DNA from: Octopus sinensis
Lineage: Eukaryota
Direction: 5' to 3'
Length of the DNA stretch: 64,000 nucleotides
Assembly (NCBI RefSeq): GCF_006345805.1
Contig: NC_043003.1
Coordinates: 33,356,001 to 33,420,000 of the forward strand
The notes below the pieces were generated by a model. That model did no database searches. It saw nothing but the letters and a program-made list of their open reading frames with translations, and had not been told where the DNA came from. Below, piece by piece: positions 39,761 to 54,858 of the stretch; position 1 is the stretch's first letter; each line of letters starts with the position of its first letter. The position numbers and the translations under genes are program-made.

Positions 39761-39833
<73 letters not shown>

Positions 39834-39838
39834 TTATC

Positions 39839-39927
<89 letters not shown>

Positions 39928-39934
39928 GTCTGTC

Positions 39935-40019
<85 letters not shown>

Positions 40020-42364
40020 GTCTGTCTATCTATCTATTTATCTATCTATCTTTACACACGCGTGTCGTTTATTTAAGTCCTTGATGCTTCCACACATATA
40101 AAAGCTACATCGACAGACCGACAGGCATAGCAACGCTCTCACTTCGATAATAAAATGTATGTATGCAACCTGTTGTAAGTATTGACCAATCGCTATTTGA
40201 ACCATTTTAGGCTTCAACCACACTTCATCCCCTACTGATTCCAACATACTGCTCCTGAATATATTCATCTAACACCAACAACACTCGCGCGCGCTCGTCT
40301 CTCTGCATGCTTACTATCGCCACAGCCATCGCTTCATCACCCTTATATCATTACTAGTTCCGCCAGCACACCGACAAACTTAAATAGATCATCCCCATCG
40401 TCAACCTCATCTCTTTATCGCGACTACATCGCTCCTAGATCAACGACATCCACTTGATCAACCTTATTGTGAACCCCCTTCTTTTGCTAACACCGCTTAC
40501 ATCGACCCCGCCATGGATACTGCACCAACACCACCACCACCACCATCACAGAATGTATTACTCTTTCGACACTCCCATCTGCTGATCATCAGTATATCAA
40601 TCCATTACCACTCCTATAACCACCACTACTAACAACAATATCAAGAACAACAACACCAACCATGCGACCACTGCTACCGCTATCCGAGCAGCATCTTCAA
40701 TCCCATACACACTCATTACCCCTACATCACTCCGTCACTCCATCTCTCCATCTCTCCATCACACCACCGGTCCGTCACTTCAGTATTCAAGCACTCCGGC
40801 ACCTTTTTCCTCCCCACTCGCGCCCATCTCCTTCATCATATCCCCTCCTTTACATCGCTGCCATCACGCCATCTGTCCCGACACACACACACACACACAC
40901 ACACACTACACTAAACTCCTCACCTTCTCCACTACACCGCCTTCCCATCTTTCAACATCTCTCGCTGCCTCCAACATCACCGAAATCGATGACTTGCCTG
41001 CTCCGTTGACAACAGCGCATTCGTCTATGCAAGCAAGGTCTAACCGCTTAATGGTGTGGTCTTGTCACATGAGAAGATTTGCCGCCTGCCAACAGAATTA
41101 ATCATACGTGATAGACTAGAGGAAGCTGATATAATGCAAGCGGTGCTGAAACGGTGGCGAATGGATTTTGTGACAAGCGAGATTTTCGCTAACTGGATAT
41201 TTAGTACTATTGACGCTAGAGGGCGCTCTGAGGCAGCAGGATGCTTGAAAGGACGTGTTTAGCTTTTGGCGCTGCAACTAGCTTGTGGTGGTGATGGTGG
41301 TGATGGTGGTGCTGGTAGCGAAATGTAGTGATGTATAGCTGTGATGTGGAGAGGAAATTTTGAAGATATGATTGATATTTATTATGGTGGTAGTGGAGCC
41401 GTGATTGTTGTTGGTGGTGATGGTTGACTGTAATGGTAGTACTCTTTGTGATAATGGTGTGTTCAGAGATGATAATGATGATAACTTTGGTATGGAGGTC
41501 CAATTGTATTAGTAGTAATAATAATAGACATGGCTTCTTCTGTAAAAGTGTTTGAAGGTTGTAATCGCTGTTTTTCAACGCTGGTCATCTATGACGAAAT
41601 AGACCTACTATCAAAGGCGTTCCATTCATGACCATCCAATATATTTCCTTGGCTGGTATATCTGGAAGTATAATGAATGGTTTCTCGAATAGTGTAGGGT
41701 AAATTGGCTGCCATTTCTAGCTAGTTGAGTGACAAGGAGACGCTCTCTAAGTTGACTTGTTGATAAGGGTGTGTATTGGCGGTGCGAGGATTTGTTGTTG
41801 CTGTTGTTCTTGTCGGTGGTGGTATTGGTGGTGGTGGTGGTGGTGGTGGTATTGATTCTGGTGTTGGAAATGATAGTACTTCTGGTGCTGCTGATGTTAG
41901 GGTCTAAGCAATGATAGCACTATTGGTAGTATTAGTTGCATTGCTGTTGTTGTTGTTGGTGGTGGTGGTGTTGGTGTTAGTAGAGCCAGGATTGGCAGCG
42001 GTGTTACAGTTGGAAGCGATAGTAACAGTGGTGGTGGCGGTGGCAATAGTGGAGGTGTGCTGTGATGTTAATGCAACTTTCGTGTATGGCGAAGGCGGCG
42101 TTTGAGTAGTGGCGATGGGAAATATAAGGGGCTGGCTTAAAGCCGTCTGTTGTTGACTCATAGTGGGAACGAAAGCTCTGTACTGATTATGAAAGTAAAT
42201 ATCAGTAAGTTCAAATTGCACTAAGTGATGTATTGATTTTTCTCCCTTCCTCCCCATTTCTCCCTCTTTCCTTCTCTCCCTCTTATTCTCTCTGTCCCTC
42301 TCCTTTATATACACACGTATACACACATGCAGACACATATACATCTATATCCATTACCTCTCTG

Positions 42365-42403
<39 letters not shown>

Positions 42404-43227
42404 CTGATACTGTATTGCACTGTCCGTCTATCACGTTCTTTCATTCTCTCGCATAGTCACCCTCTCTCTCTCTCTCTCTCTCGAATACTTTCCCTTTTTC
42501 ACTCATATTTGCTTGGTTTGTTCATCCTTTATGTCATTTAAAACCCCACCTTCTTGTTCCTGTTTGTTATTTTTAAGCTTTTCTCGCTATTGTTGCTTGT
42601 AACCTTTTCACACCAACCTATTCCCGAAGCAAATATAAATCAACACTACTCTCCCTACAACCACCACCACCACCACCATCAATGCCATCACAGTCACCAT
42701 TCCAATCATAACCACCACCACCACCACCACCACCATCATCATTGCCATTGTCGTCGTCGTCCTCATCTCCATCATCATCGACATCACCATCATCATAGTA
42801 TCAACAAATATCTCTATGAACAGCATGTGGCCGTGTTAAGCACTTACTCTATAACTTATCATACTCAACAAAAATCAAAGGTCTCTCACTTCTAATACGA
42901 TCATTGCCAGAATCACCGTATACAAGAATAACAACGAAGGAGTCTTTACTATTCTCAAAATGTCTGCTACACTAGAGCACAAAAACTCCGGTAAACTACA
43001 CTGTTTCTAAAACCAAAATAAGGATAGCCATTATTGGAACGCTTTAAACAGATGCCTGGTAAACCAAAGCTGACTCTGGGCTAAACAATAGCAATAGCCG
43101 TAATGATAATACCAATAAAAGAATGACACAATCTATCTATCTATCGATCTATCTATCTATTTGGTTTTTTTTCTGTTTGTCTGTTCCTATTCCTCTTTCT
43201 CTTTCTCTCTCTTCCTCGCTCTCTCTA

Positions 43228-43276
<49 letters not shown>

Positions 43277-46200
43277 TCACACTCGACCCAATGACAAAAT
43301 TCAATAGGGACCCTCTACGTAGTCATTCGACCTGCTAAGAATAATTACCAAATTCCCCTCAATCTTAAAACGAAAATAAGGAAGATGGTTTGTACAGCTG
43401 TTTCTTGGCTACAGCGTTTCCGAGTTCAAGCCGCAGTGGTCACGAGTGTAATGTTTTATATCCTTAGTTAGCTAGATATGAGAAGAACTTCGGCAATGCA
43501 AAAACAGCAACAGCGTTAACAACATGAACAGCAACAACATAACTCTTCAAGACTCATCGCAATCTAGTGATAACAGACTTAACATTATTTGAACCCATCA
43601 AATCGTGACATTCTGAAATAATGCTAGAAATAGCAACCAAAGTCTGCCGCAATAAACATAATTATTTCTGTCATCCGTATTGATATATCGGGTAATTCTG
43701 TCTTAAATACACTAGTAGTGTATCTAGGCGTAATGTTACACTACGCTTTGGAGTCTAAAATTAAGAAAAAACTCATAAACATATATCTGTGATCACAGAT
43801 CTGCTCGATTATGATTGAGCTGGCATTAAAAGAAAAACATACACAGGGCTCGACTTATATGAAGTCACTCACATGCTAACATTTGAAAATTGCCTCATAT
43901 ATATCAATGCTTTAGCCTTTTTAGATGATGCCACCCCGCTGGCTAAGCGGGCAGGTCATATACATATCAATGTATAAAGTGATAAGCGGGAAGGCCATAT
44001 ATATATATCAATGTATAAAGTGATAAAGAGATTCCTGCTTGCCGTCGGTACACTAATCGCGAGCGCATAGAATTCTGAGAGTGCCGGTAGAACTATCTAC
44101 GATATCATACAACCCGCATCTCATGTAATGCATCTTAGAGAGGGTGAGTAATAACTGAGGTTTAGAGGCTTATGCCGGGTTCTGATCCACAACTTAACTT
44201 GGAGCTCAACTTGGAAAACTTTCTTTGGGGCCATCTAAGAGTATTTGGAAACTGATGGAGAGGGGAGGGTTGCTTTTAGTGAGTTTACTGAACTGTAGGT
44301 GAGACATGAGAAGCTACCTTGCGTGAACGGTCGTTATCCCAGTGAGCGTTTGTAAGCCAGAGTTCAACACTGGAAGTCAGGTAGTACTTAGTAGTAGTTG
44401 CCAAAGCAATGATCTTGGAGAAGTGAGATTTCTATACTGGTCATAGTTGTTTATCCTGCTAGAAACTATTATTTCCTAGATTTTGTTTCCCTCGCCTGCA
44501 TTTTCATATGTGTTTCTTAATAACCACCACCAACAATGCTATATATTTTGTCGTAAAGTCTCCGCAATCTGCTCTTTTGTAAAGGAATAAAACAATTTAT
44601 TGTTGTAGTTCCTCCTTCTCCGCAAAACTCTTTTTCATTTCAGAAGGTTGTGAAACTTCTTTGAAGGCCGAAAACAATGTTCTTGCTTTATTTTTCATAT
44701 TTAGTAGCTATAAGTGTTTGTCTTTCGTTATCCATAGTATATTTTTTTTAAAATTCCAGAGTGGATATCATACAGTTTTATAGATGCTATATTAATGGTA
44801 AAAATAATTTACTATGTCAGATTTCGAGTGTTGTATTTTAAATTTTGTCATTATTGTTCTTTTTATCCGTGTTGCTATTTATCATTTATAATCTTCTATT
44901 CCGACAGCTAATAATACTAGAGTAATAACACTACATACATTTAGCAGTTTTTGTATTAATACAAAGCATCTATTTTATCCGTTTCTAACCTTTCCTTTTA
45001 TTTACGAAGGTTGTATTCTGTACAATTCAACTATTCCACATTATTCTTACGCCTGGGTTTATATTTTAACATCGCTGTTCCCTTACGTACTCCAATATAA
45101 AATCTCTTAATTTTGTTCACTTCCTTTAATTCATTTTTTGTTTAATCCGACAGATTTCCTTATCGATTCTTGCATTCCTGTAAGCATCTGTATTGTCCGC
45201 AGCAGATTCCTGTAAATTTTAAATTGTTTCGCAGCGTAAGACTTCTGGTGATCCGTATGCAAAAGATGGTCGATTGCCTTAGAGCAAATTCGTCTATGTT
45301 CAGTTTGACTGAATATGTTGCTTTAATTTGCTATTGTCCAACAGAAAAAAGTATAAAGACGAATACATGTAAGTATACTCTCTTCTTCTCAATATTGGGT
45401 TAGTTTATATAATTAAAAACTCGACTCATGTTGAGTTTAATACACAGTTTCATTTAGGTAAGGAGGTATGTACTGTCAGTAAAAGATTGTACCGTTGATA
45501 GGATTCATATCAAAACTTTTTCAAGTCTAATGGTCACCTATTGGTTCCTACCTGGTGTCCAGCTCTAACGGATCCACGCACTGTCTGTATATGATAGAAC
45601 GCTATTGCTTGTATTAGTATGTCACTTAATCTGGTTTGACAGTAGCTCACAAGTTTTAAACTCTGAGTGAAACTCTTTAAAATACTCTCACCCTACGCAC
45701 GCGAAGATCGAATTTTTTGGCGTGCTGTAATGGAGGAAAACAACCATCAGATGTCAAGGTTCTAGCGACAGTAAATTGACTTCTAAAACATTTTTCTGAG
45801 ATACGTACCATGTAACACAGGAAGGTATATAGAAGACGTTACTCATCCTACTGCATCCTAGTATATTTCATGTCGTCCTTGCTGCACCACCAGTCCGGTT
45901 CGCCTACGCGACTGTATCCATGTCTTTTGATATTTTTTTATAAAGCGCTATCCGTGTGTTAGAGGTGGAGTGTATTCATTTTCGGAAGTGAAAGATGAAT
46001 GAGATTACTAATTTAGTCATGATTAATTATTCTAGAGTCTAACACTGGATTACATTCTGAAAAACTGTCTGGTAGTTTATGTATACTATGCTGAAACACT
46101 TGTTTCTCCTTCGGTTCTCATCGATGCTGAATTTGTTGTTCAGTAATTGATATATGCAGCCACATCAGCCCTTGCAGTGTCATTTCTGGTGATTGGCAAA

Positions 46201-46438
46201 CAAGTTGTTTTTCTTACAATTCCTTGTTTAATCGCTGCGATAACATTTCAATTAAGGCTCTGTAAACCGTAAGACATTTTGTTATGATAATGTAGTTTTC
46301 ACGGTATGGTGCTTGTTTAGTCTAGGACAGAATTTTCCAAACGTTTTGGTGACACAGATGTCAACAAAATAATTGCTTTCCATTATTTATCAAAAAAATA
46401 TAATAATCTCATGTAAGTCTTAATTTTTGTATGGTACA

Positions 46439-46563
46439 GGGACGCTAGTTATAAATAATTGACAATGCATAATTATGTAACATATGTTTGAATTAACCCA
46501 ACAAAATCAATAAACTAAATGTACTTACCATTGTATTGTCAATTATCTATAATTAGCGTTCCC
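46439..46563. repeat. ~32-bp imperfect inverted repeat with ~60-bp spacer
   Basis: GGGACGCTAGTTATAAATAATTGACAATGCA versus the reverse complement of TGTATTGTCAATTATCTATAATTAGCGTTCCC. Confidence 0.8.
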
Positions 46564-48098
46564 GGACAATCGAGAATGTTTGGAAACTTCCAACTGAGAT
46601 CAAACAAACAGCGAACCAGTCTTCTTGCAATTTACAGCACCTTGACTGAAATAATATCGGAGAGATTATGCAAATTATTGTAAGAAAAACAGGTTGTTAG
46701 CAAATGACCAGAAATGATGATGCAATACATTTGTCTAATGTCCAGAACACACTTCTTAAATATTTGGTGGAATGTTTGAAAGAGACGCCTATATTTCGAA
46801 ATCTAAACATCGTTACATTTTTGCATTTCGGTGTTTTTAAACTTTTCATTGTTGAAAATTGCATTTGCTTTTAGTTCTGTTTGGGTATATTTCTGAACCT
46901 TAAATCCAGAAACTAACCTACGCACTTTATAAATTGTTAACAAACTCCAATTATTTTTATATCAGAAAATTCTTCAATCCTTGAAAAGTTGTTTTATTTG
47001 CAACTCGATTTTTGTTTATTATTATTATTGTGTTATTAGAAAGTAATTATGAACTCTTCCTTCAGGCAATGTTAAATGATCAAAGATTAAAGGAGTAGCA
47101 TCACATTTTAAATTCCATCCATCGATTGTGGAAAATAGTTAAACGTTTTTCTTTCTGTTTTCTTTATCCAGGTAACTATTTTGTCTCACATTGCACACAT
47201 TTTAACGGACACTGTTTAGATAGTATCTCACATCTCTTGCGTATTTGTGTATATTTTATTTGAATGTTCATATATATCTGAAAGATAGGCCAATTTTGTT
47301 CATATATTTCTGTTCTGCTTACTGATTCTCTTGAAAATATTTAAACACCATTTCTTTCAGTTCAAATACAGAACAAAGAACTCAATTTGAGGGTCGGAAT
47401 TTGAAACTTCTAATCTTTTCACAAATGTAAGAAAATAATCTTGATTTATGATGTCTTCCTTTAATATAATGTATCCATATCAACGATGCCTTCCCTAAGT
47501 AATTTTCATTCGTATGAAAATATTTGGTGTTTGATATTCAAGTGGATAGTGCTTCGTGAGGTAAAATTTAACGAATGTTTTAAATATATTGAATTTTCTT
47601 TTGACCAGGGCTCTAAAATGCTTTGATAAACTAGAACATAACCTTTCTGTAATAGTCCGTAGTAATTCATCCATCTGAGAATGTTTCCATTAAGAAATTT
47701 ATCTAAAATCTCAATGTTTTTACGGGAACATTGTGAAAGCGCAAGAGTATCTCTCTCGGTTACACTGAATGAAACATATAAAACCCAATTGTACTGCTGT
47801 ATTTATTAATGTCTATGTTTAGAAGGTTCGGTGGAACGTATTGACTCATGTATTTCCAATGTAAACACTTGTTACTGTTTCCAAGATGTATCTTTCATTT
47901 CCGATTTAGAATCATCAAACATATATTGAAGTTGACCTGCAGTGTTTTCCTACTGTAAGTTTTGCTTTGCCTTGGACTCAAATCTAGACACAAGCAGTTT
48001 TCGACAAGAAAGTTCTTTAATATTCCCGTGGTGATTTGACTGGAAACTGCTGCCGCTACTTATAGTTGCTTATAGGTAAGAGAGAGCGAGTAAGATAT

Positions 48099-48169
<71 letters not shown>

Positions 48170-48395
48170 CAGAGATTAATACAAGATATGTGAGTGCGTA
48201 AATGTTGTTTTTAATGGGAGAGAAACGCTTCTAGGCTCATACATTTTTTCTTTATATTAGATCTTTTTGTTTTCTAAGTGAAAAGCAGCATTTCGCTCTT
48301 GCTATGGACTCTTCAGCTCAGAATAACTCGCAGTCTTCACCACCATCACCAAAACCACCACCACCACCACCACCACCACCACCACCACCACCACC

Positions 48396-48436
<41 letters not shown>

Positions 48437-48556
48437 CACTGTCGCCGCCACCACTCCCACCACTACACCGTGTTCTTTCGCCTATTGGAGTCTACCTATA
48501 AAGACGTTTCTATGGTAATAAAATTGCAGTATAGTATAATTTAATTTGGGTTAGAA

Positions 48557-49636
48557 ACCCTGTGACTTTCCTTTATAGTCATAATATGAATAACAATACC
48601 TTTTCCTATAAAATGCAACAAAATTAGGATCTAGTCTTTCTCATTCACAAAATCAGCCCCCATAATTTTGCTGAGATTGCTATCAGTTTTGGTATATCGA
48701 TACAACCCTGAATTTTGATTACGATCAACCAATTACTTTATCTCGTAAATTAAAGAATCTGATGTCATTTGGAATTAAATTTGGGAAAGTTGGGTATCAA
48801 CAGACAGCGTGGCATTAGCAGCTTGTTGCTATGACAACAGGACGCTGCGTTGTGGTTCACTTCACTGTTGTCTCACCGTTGTCTGCGACTTCGTGGTTCA
48901 CTTCACCGTTGTCTGTGACGCACGTTGTTCGATGTTGATTTTTTTTACAATTGATTCTTCACACTACGAGATTTTTTAATGTTTTTGTGTTAGTAGATTA
49001 CTTATTTTTCTGTGCTTTTTCTGCATTTATTCTTATTGTCGTTTACAAATCCAAACATGAAAACGTTACTCAACTTTGGAGACACACACACACACACACA
49101 CTTATATATTAATGATGTACATAAATACATGGCATGTATACATATTACTGAAATACGCATAAAGTAAACACATGCAGACAAATATGATAATATCACGTGA
49201 CCACGTGACCGACCAGACCATCAGATGTTGCTACACATCGCTGGTCACAATGCGTTCGCATTGTTTTAGCCTTCGAATGACGCCACCCCGCTGGCTAAGC
49301 GAGCAGGCCAACAGAAGAAAGAGTGGTGAAAGAGTACAGCAGGGATCACCACCCCCTGCCGGAGCTTCGTGGAGCTTTTAGGTGTTTTCGCTCAATAAAC
49401 ACTCTCAACACCCGGTCTGGGAATCGAAACCGCGATCCTACGACCGCGAGTCCGCTGCCCTAACCACTAGGCCATTGCGCCTCCACTATGATAATATAAC
49501 AAATTTTAAAAAAATATAGAAAATACAATCAATGAATGAGAAAGACTAGATCCTGATGATACATGTTGATTTTTTAGGTATTTCTGTTTATTTACAAACC
49601 GACAATGAACAGGTCCGACGCTACATTTCACAGGGT
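48557..49636. mobile_element. Old MITE-like element with diverged long TIRs and a nested SINE
   Basis: Exact 22-bp inverted match 48626-48647 / 49533-49554, plus ACCCTGTGA (48557) / TCACAGGGT (49628). Confidence 0.5.
49194..49486 (-). mobile_element. Full-length SINE with 11-bp TSD
   Basis: TSD TATGATAATAT at 49183-49193 and 49487-49497; head nearly identical to the 38570 element but a different tail. Confidence 0.95.
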
Positions 49637-52369
49637 ACAACCTTAAAGTTGACACCGCTCCGCTAAACGCAGAAAATTTCTGTCTCGCTATTGGCAAAAA
49701 ATACTCAGTTATTTCGAGTTTTAAACCTCTGTAACTTTTTTCTCAGATATTTTTCTCCCCAACATTATACCTTCAAAGCAATGAGACTGGAATGTTACAT
49801 TATTATAGCCAATTTTCAGATTTTTACTGTTTTCTACAAAAAGCATATTTTGCGAATGAAAAAAAACCCAACTAAATCCCAGAATTAATATGATTATCGA
49901 AAATTAATCTGATTTTACCCAATATTGAGTTAAAATTAAAGATTATTACCAACACACTGAGTGTTGCGACATACAATAGAGAATACACTGCCCTACACGA
50001 TCTCTATTGCTAACCAGACAAGAACTCTGTCTTCGTGTTATCTGCTCGATACATAGTGGTTGATCCATTTCACCTCTGGAATAACTGGTAATTGTGTGCA
50101 CTCCGGAAATTGCTGTCTAGCTGATGGCTATTAGATCTACGTATAGTGATATGAAGTTGTTGAACAAGAAACTTTCACAATTATCAGGTCAGGTGATATG
50201 ATCTAGTGATATTTGTTAGGTATTTGGGGATAGTGTATTCACTTTGAGCAACAGCTGTAATTGGCTTGTACTTTATTTTTATTGACCTCGGAAGAACAAA
50301 AAGCAAATTTAACTCCGATGGAATAACGTTGCCTTTAGAACGTAAAGCGTCAGATTAATGGTACTTTTGTGGATCTGCCAATCCACTGCTCTTTCATGAT
50401 AATATTTCTAGTATGGGAACAAGGCCATAAGTTTGGGGAGAAGGATTAGTAATTTAAATACCGGTATTAGATTGGTAATTTATTTCATCGATTCCAGAAC
50501 CATAAAAATCTAAATGGACATCGGTGGAATTTGAACCCAGAGTGTGGAGAAGCAGATCAAATACCGCAAAGCATTTTGTCCGAAGCTCTATTGATAATAA
50601 AGATGATAAGGAAGCAGAATATAATGGTGATAAAAATGATGATGGTGATGATGATGGTGATGATAGAGGGAATGATAATTATGATGATTATGATTATAGC
50701 GTTTTCTTCATTCGCCACAAGAGCAACATATGTGGAGCAAAGAAAATGTAGAAGAAAAAGAAAAGGGAGTAGGAAGAAGAAGAAGAAGATTAAGAAGAAG
50801 AAGAAGAACAAGAAGAACAAGAAGAACAAGAAGAACAAGAAGAACAAGAAGAGAGGAAGGGAGTTGAGAAGGCGGGAGAGAAGACAATGAAGAAGAAGAA
50901 AAGAAGGAAGAAGATAAAAAAGAATAATTCAGTACAATTGTTATAGTACAGAGGAGTGGGATTGAGTTTGTGTAGCCATAGCTAGTTTATCTTCTATCTG
51001 ATGATATACTGGCGGATATGAAATATATCATTATCGATAAGTAGACAGAACATCATAGCTAGACTACTCCAACCACCAGCTATCTCCAAAACTATGGTAC
51101 ACGGCGGCAATGAAAGCAGTTCTTTCCCCAGATCGACTAATTAGATTTAAGCTAACAATCGCTTCTATCCGTTTTCGTATAGAAGACTCTGACACTTGCC
51201 AACAAATGCTTCTGCTTTAATGACCGTACTGATGATGGAGTGAGACGATTGGAGGTTTTCCGATAATTACCTTCTGTATTCTGGTCGTAGCGAGGGATCT
51301 GAAATGTGTTAGTGAATTATTGGTTGAGATCGGGGTCGACATTTCTATTCTTTGTTCTTATTGTGAATGATTTTCTTTCCCAAAAGCTGTCTAAGATAAA
51401 ATCAAAGTTTGGCTTTCATACAGCCATTCTGTTGATTCAGGATAGAGCTTGGCTATGTTTGAACAGAAAATATTGGTACCCACTTTGAACAAGTAATGTT
51501 TAAAGAACACTCGCTCAACTCGTTTAAACCAGCGTAAAATGAATAGAATGTAGAATTAAAAGAGAGTGAACCGCATGGTTGCACTAAATACATTGCACAT
51601 ACCTAAATAAAAACAACGCAATCAATAAATTTAACACACATACACGTAACTGCATTCTACAAGTCAAATGCAACCTTTAATCTGGTCATTCAGCTTGTTA
51701 GAAATAGCAGCCAGATTTGCTCAAATGTATACTACAGTCTTTAAAACGATTGGAAAGTTTATAGTGTAGTTGTTGTAACGCCTTGTTGTTGCTGATCATA
51801 GGTCTATTCAGCTACATACTGCAATTAAGAATCAAGTAAAGGCAAATTGTAGGAATTAATCGGGAAAATTTAAACCGGCAGAAACGCAGTTACAGTGGGC
51901 CATTAAACACTTATAAGCAACACATAGGAAAGAATAAGTGGAGTTTCGATTGCTTTTACACTCTGATGTGCACAGTTAATATGAGTATATCTTACTGTAA
52001 CATTATACAGTTGATGAAATACTGATAACCTGCTCTTATTTCACTGAAAGGGCATAGATAAACGATGACCGGGCGTAATTAGAGTTGTTCCTAACGCTAT
52101 TTGGTTGTCTAGGAGAAACTATATGTTATAAAGGATCTAATTAATATAGTAAGTGCAACACTTATGAGATGGCAATATGCATTAATTATTCAGAAAAATG
52201 AAATAGTTTCCAGATCGACACAACTCAAAAAATATTGATATTTAATTCTAAATTTCATGTGTTGTTTATAATTTCAGATGTCAGCCGATATGCAATATAC
52301 AAGAAAAGGAATCGCTAAGGAGTTGAAAGAATATAGCACTTTGTACTGTGTAAAAAAAAAATGCACACG

Positions 52370-52745
52370 GGCGCAAGTTTGCTTCCCAAGCACATGGCTC
52401 TGAGTTCAGTTACACTGCGTGGCCCTTGGGCCAAAACCTTGTGAACGAATTCGGTAGACGGAAACTGAAAGAATCACGTTGCATATATATATATTTCTAT
52501 GTACTTAAATCCTTGTGTCTGTGTTTATCCTCCACCAGCGCTTGACAACCGGTGTTGGTTGGGTTATCGCTTCGGCTAAGACAGCAATGCAATAGAACAG
52601 AATTTATCACGTCGGCTAAGACAGCGGTAGGATAAATACCAGGCCTACAAAAGTCGATTCATTCGATTAATCTTCTTTCAAGGCGGTACACAAGCATGAC
52701 CACAGTCTAATGACTGAAGCATGTGAAAGATAGAAGATATATTCA
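52370..52745 (+). mobile_element. Diverged SINE (first family)
   Basis: CACATGGCTCTGAGTTCAGTTACACTGCGTGGC...GGTAGACGGAAACTGAAAGAA...AGGCGGTAC...TGACTGAA. Confidence 0.8.
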
Positions 52746-54800
52746 AACATATTTATTAGTACTAGACTGTGAATATAGTAGTTTTCCTTTGTCCTTAGAA
52801 GATTAGTGACAGGTGTTTGTTTCCAGCTTTTATTCCTTAATCCAACCTGAAAACGAACGCCGCAGAAGACCACAAAGGCTACAAATTAACTCAAAAGGAT
52901 TGTTTAGGTACACATAACTTCGATTTGTATTATATTGTGACTAGTTACATGTGGATGTCATATTTCATACCCAGAATCAAGAACTTCTACTTACACACAG
53001 ACGACAAACTTCATGTTTGATATCAATTCATTCCATTTGAAAATATAGTTCTGAAAATCTTTTTCAGGAGAACTAGATTGAGGGCTTAAAATGATGTATT
53101 GTTACAAGATATCTATTGTATTGGTAGATTTCCTCTCATTTATTTCAATTTTTGTAATTTGTAATTTCTTATAGAGTCATATATATTTCTTATTCGCTTT
53201 GTTATTTGCCTGCACGCATTTATGTAAATACTGAAAGAGTTATGGCCGTCTTAAACGTTAAGATTGTGTGTCTGTGGATCTATAAGAAATGGATTCATTT
53301 CTGATCCATCATATTGTCATCGATTTATATAGTAGTTAATTGTATGTTTGTAATGAGTTTCTATTCATTTTAGTTTCATCGGAATCCTGGTAAAGTTTAA
53401 TGGAAAGGTATAGTTCACTCCAGCAATTCTATTGTTAGGCATTTTCAATTGATCTTATCTGTATAGATGTCTAGCCAATGTAGCAATTACAGTGCAATTG
53501 GAAATTTTCTAATTGCACTCGCCAAACCATAAACTACAATGATCTCACCTGGAAGCCAAAAGTCCGAAGAGTAGGAGACATGTGTATTAATGTTTTACGC
53601 ACGCACATAAATTCTCTTTCTCAGTAACACAGTGGGAAATGTATCGATATCTATATTTGTTTGTTGTTACTGTTGCCTGCACGATAGAAAACGAAGTGAA
53701 TTATTATCTAAATTTAACTTATATGTCTGACATATATGCTCTTAGTTGCTGGACAGTAAATGTATCTTAATAAATATTATGTTTACTGTCTTCGTTTCAC
53801 AGTTACATTTCTAAAGCTGCTGTACATAAGTCGCTGATATTAATATGTATTTATTGTTTTCTCTTTGTCGGATTGTTGTTTCATGACACACAATAATTCT
53901 AGTTGCGCAATGATCGTAGCATCGAGATAATTAGTTAAATTCATATAATTTCGTCCTAATCTATACACCATGAGAAAATGTTTTTATATTCAAAATGTAT
54001 CGCTATACCTTGCAGTTGGAGACAACTAACTTGCTGTATATATCATGAAATTATTAAAGAATGAAGATTAATTCAAGTAAAATAACCGCTTATCACATTT
54101 TATCACTAAAAGAGTCTCGAGTCTTACTTTTACTTAATCGTAACGTTAACTTTGAAGTTCTAGCGAAGGGACACTATCTATATAACTACTGGTAATGTAA
54201 TTGATGTTTTGAAACGTAATTCTCATCTACGGATTCAAGTCAAAAAACGTAATTGGTGTTGGTATTTGAAAATATTTAGTATGAAATAGATTGTGACAAT
54301 ATGGTCGTTTTAAGAACCTGCAGTACTATGTTACTTCCTCTGCTCTGTTCGCCGAATTAGAAATATAGAATTCGATGTTTAAGAGTTTTTAGAACACTTT
54401 CATGATGGACTCATACTGTTTAACAAAGATATTCTAAACTTAAAGATTACGGAACATAAAACATCTGCAAAAGAAGCGGTTTAGTTCAGGCATGATGGAA
54501 AGAAGTATTTGAGCAAATGTTGTTCCATGTTCCTGCTTTTTCAGTTATGTAAAATACATATGTATAAATTATTAATATAATGGTTAAAATATTGCATGAA
54601 CAAAATAAGTTTCGAAACTGAAACTAAAATACATACATTTATGCATATGGAAGCGAACATCGGTGTGTATTGAGGAACTTCATTTCAAACCATATTCTCA
54701 CTGTTGGATCATGATGCGCATCATCATAAATAGGGCTTGGGCTAAGTGCTACATGTGTCAAAAAGTCGTAAGAAACAAGCAACGTCTGATTTGACTATCA

Positions 54801-54852
<52 letters not shown>

Positions 54853-54858
<6 letters not shown>

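Noticed and set aside
44030-46000. GC-richer patches that might be decayed LINE RT (44030-44450, 45500-45990)
   Set aside because: Only faint motif echoes after assuming several frameshifts; needs TBLASTN.
47350-47950. ~95-codon stop-free stretch on the minus strand, possibly a decayed transposase
   Set aside because: No diagnostic motif recognised; cannot be supported by eye.
53393-53426. Candidate micro-exons (AG...GT bounded, one open frame) here and on the minus strand at ~27058-27116
   Set aside because: Such matches arise by chance in 64 kb; no homology or transcript evidence.
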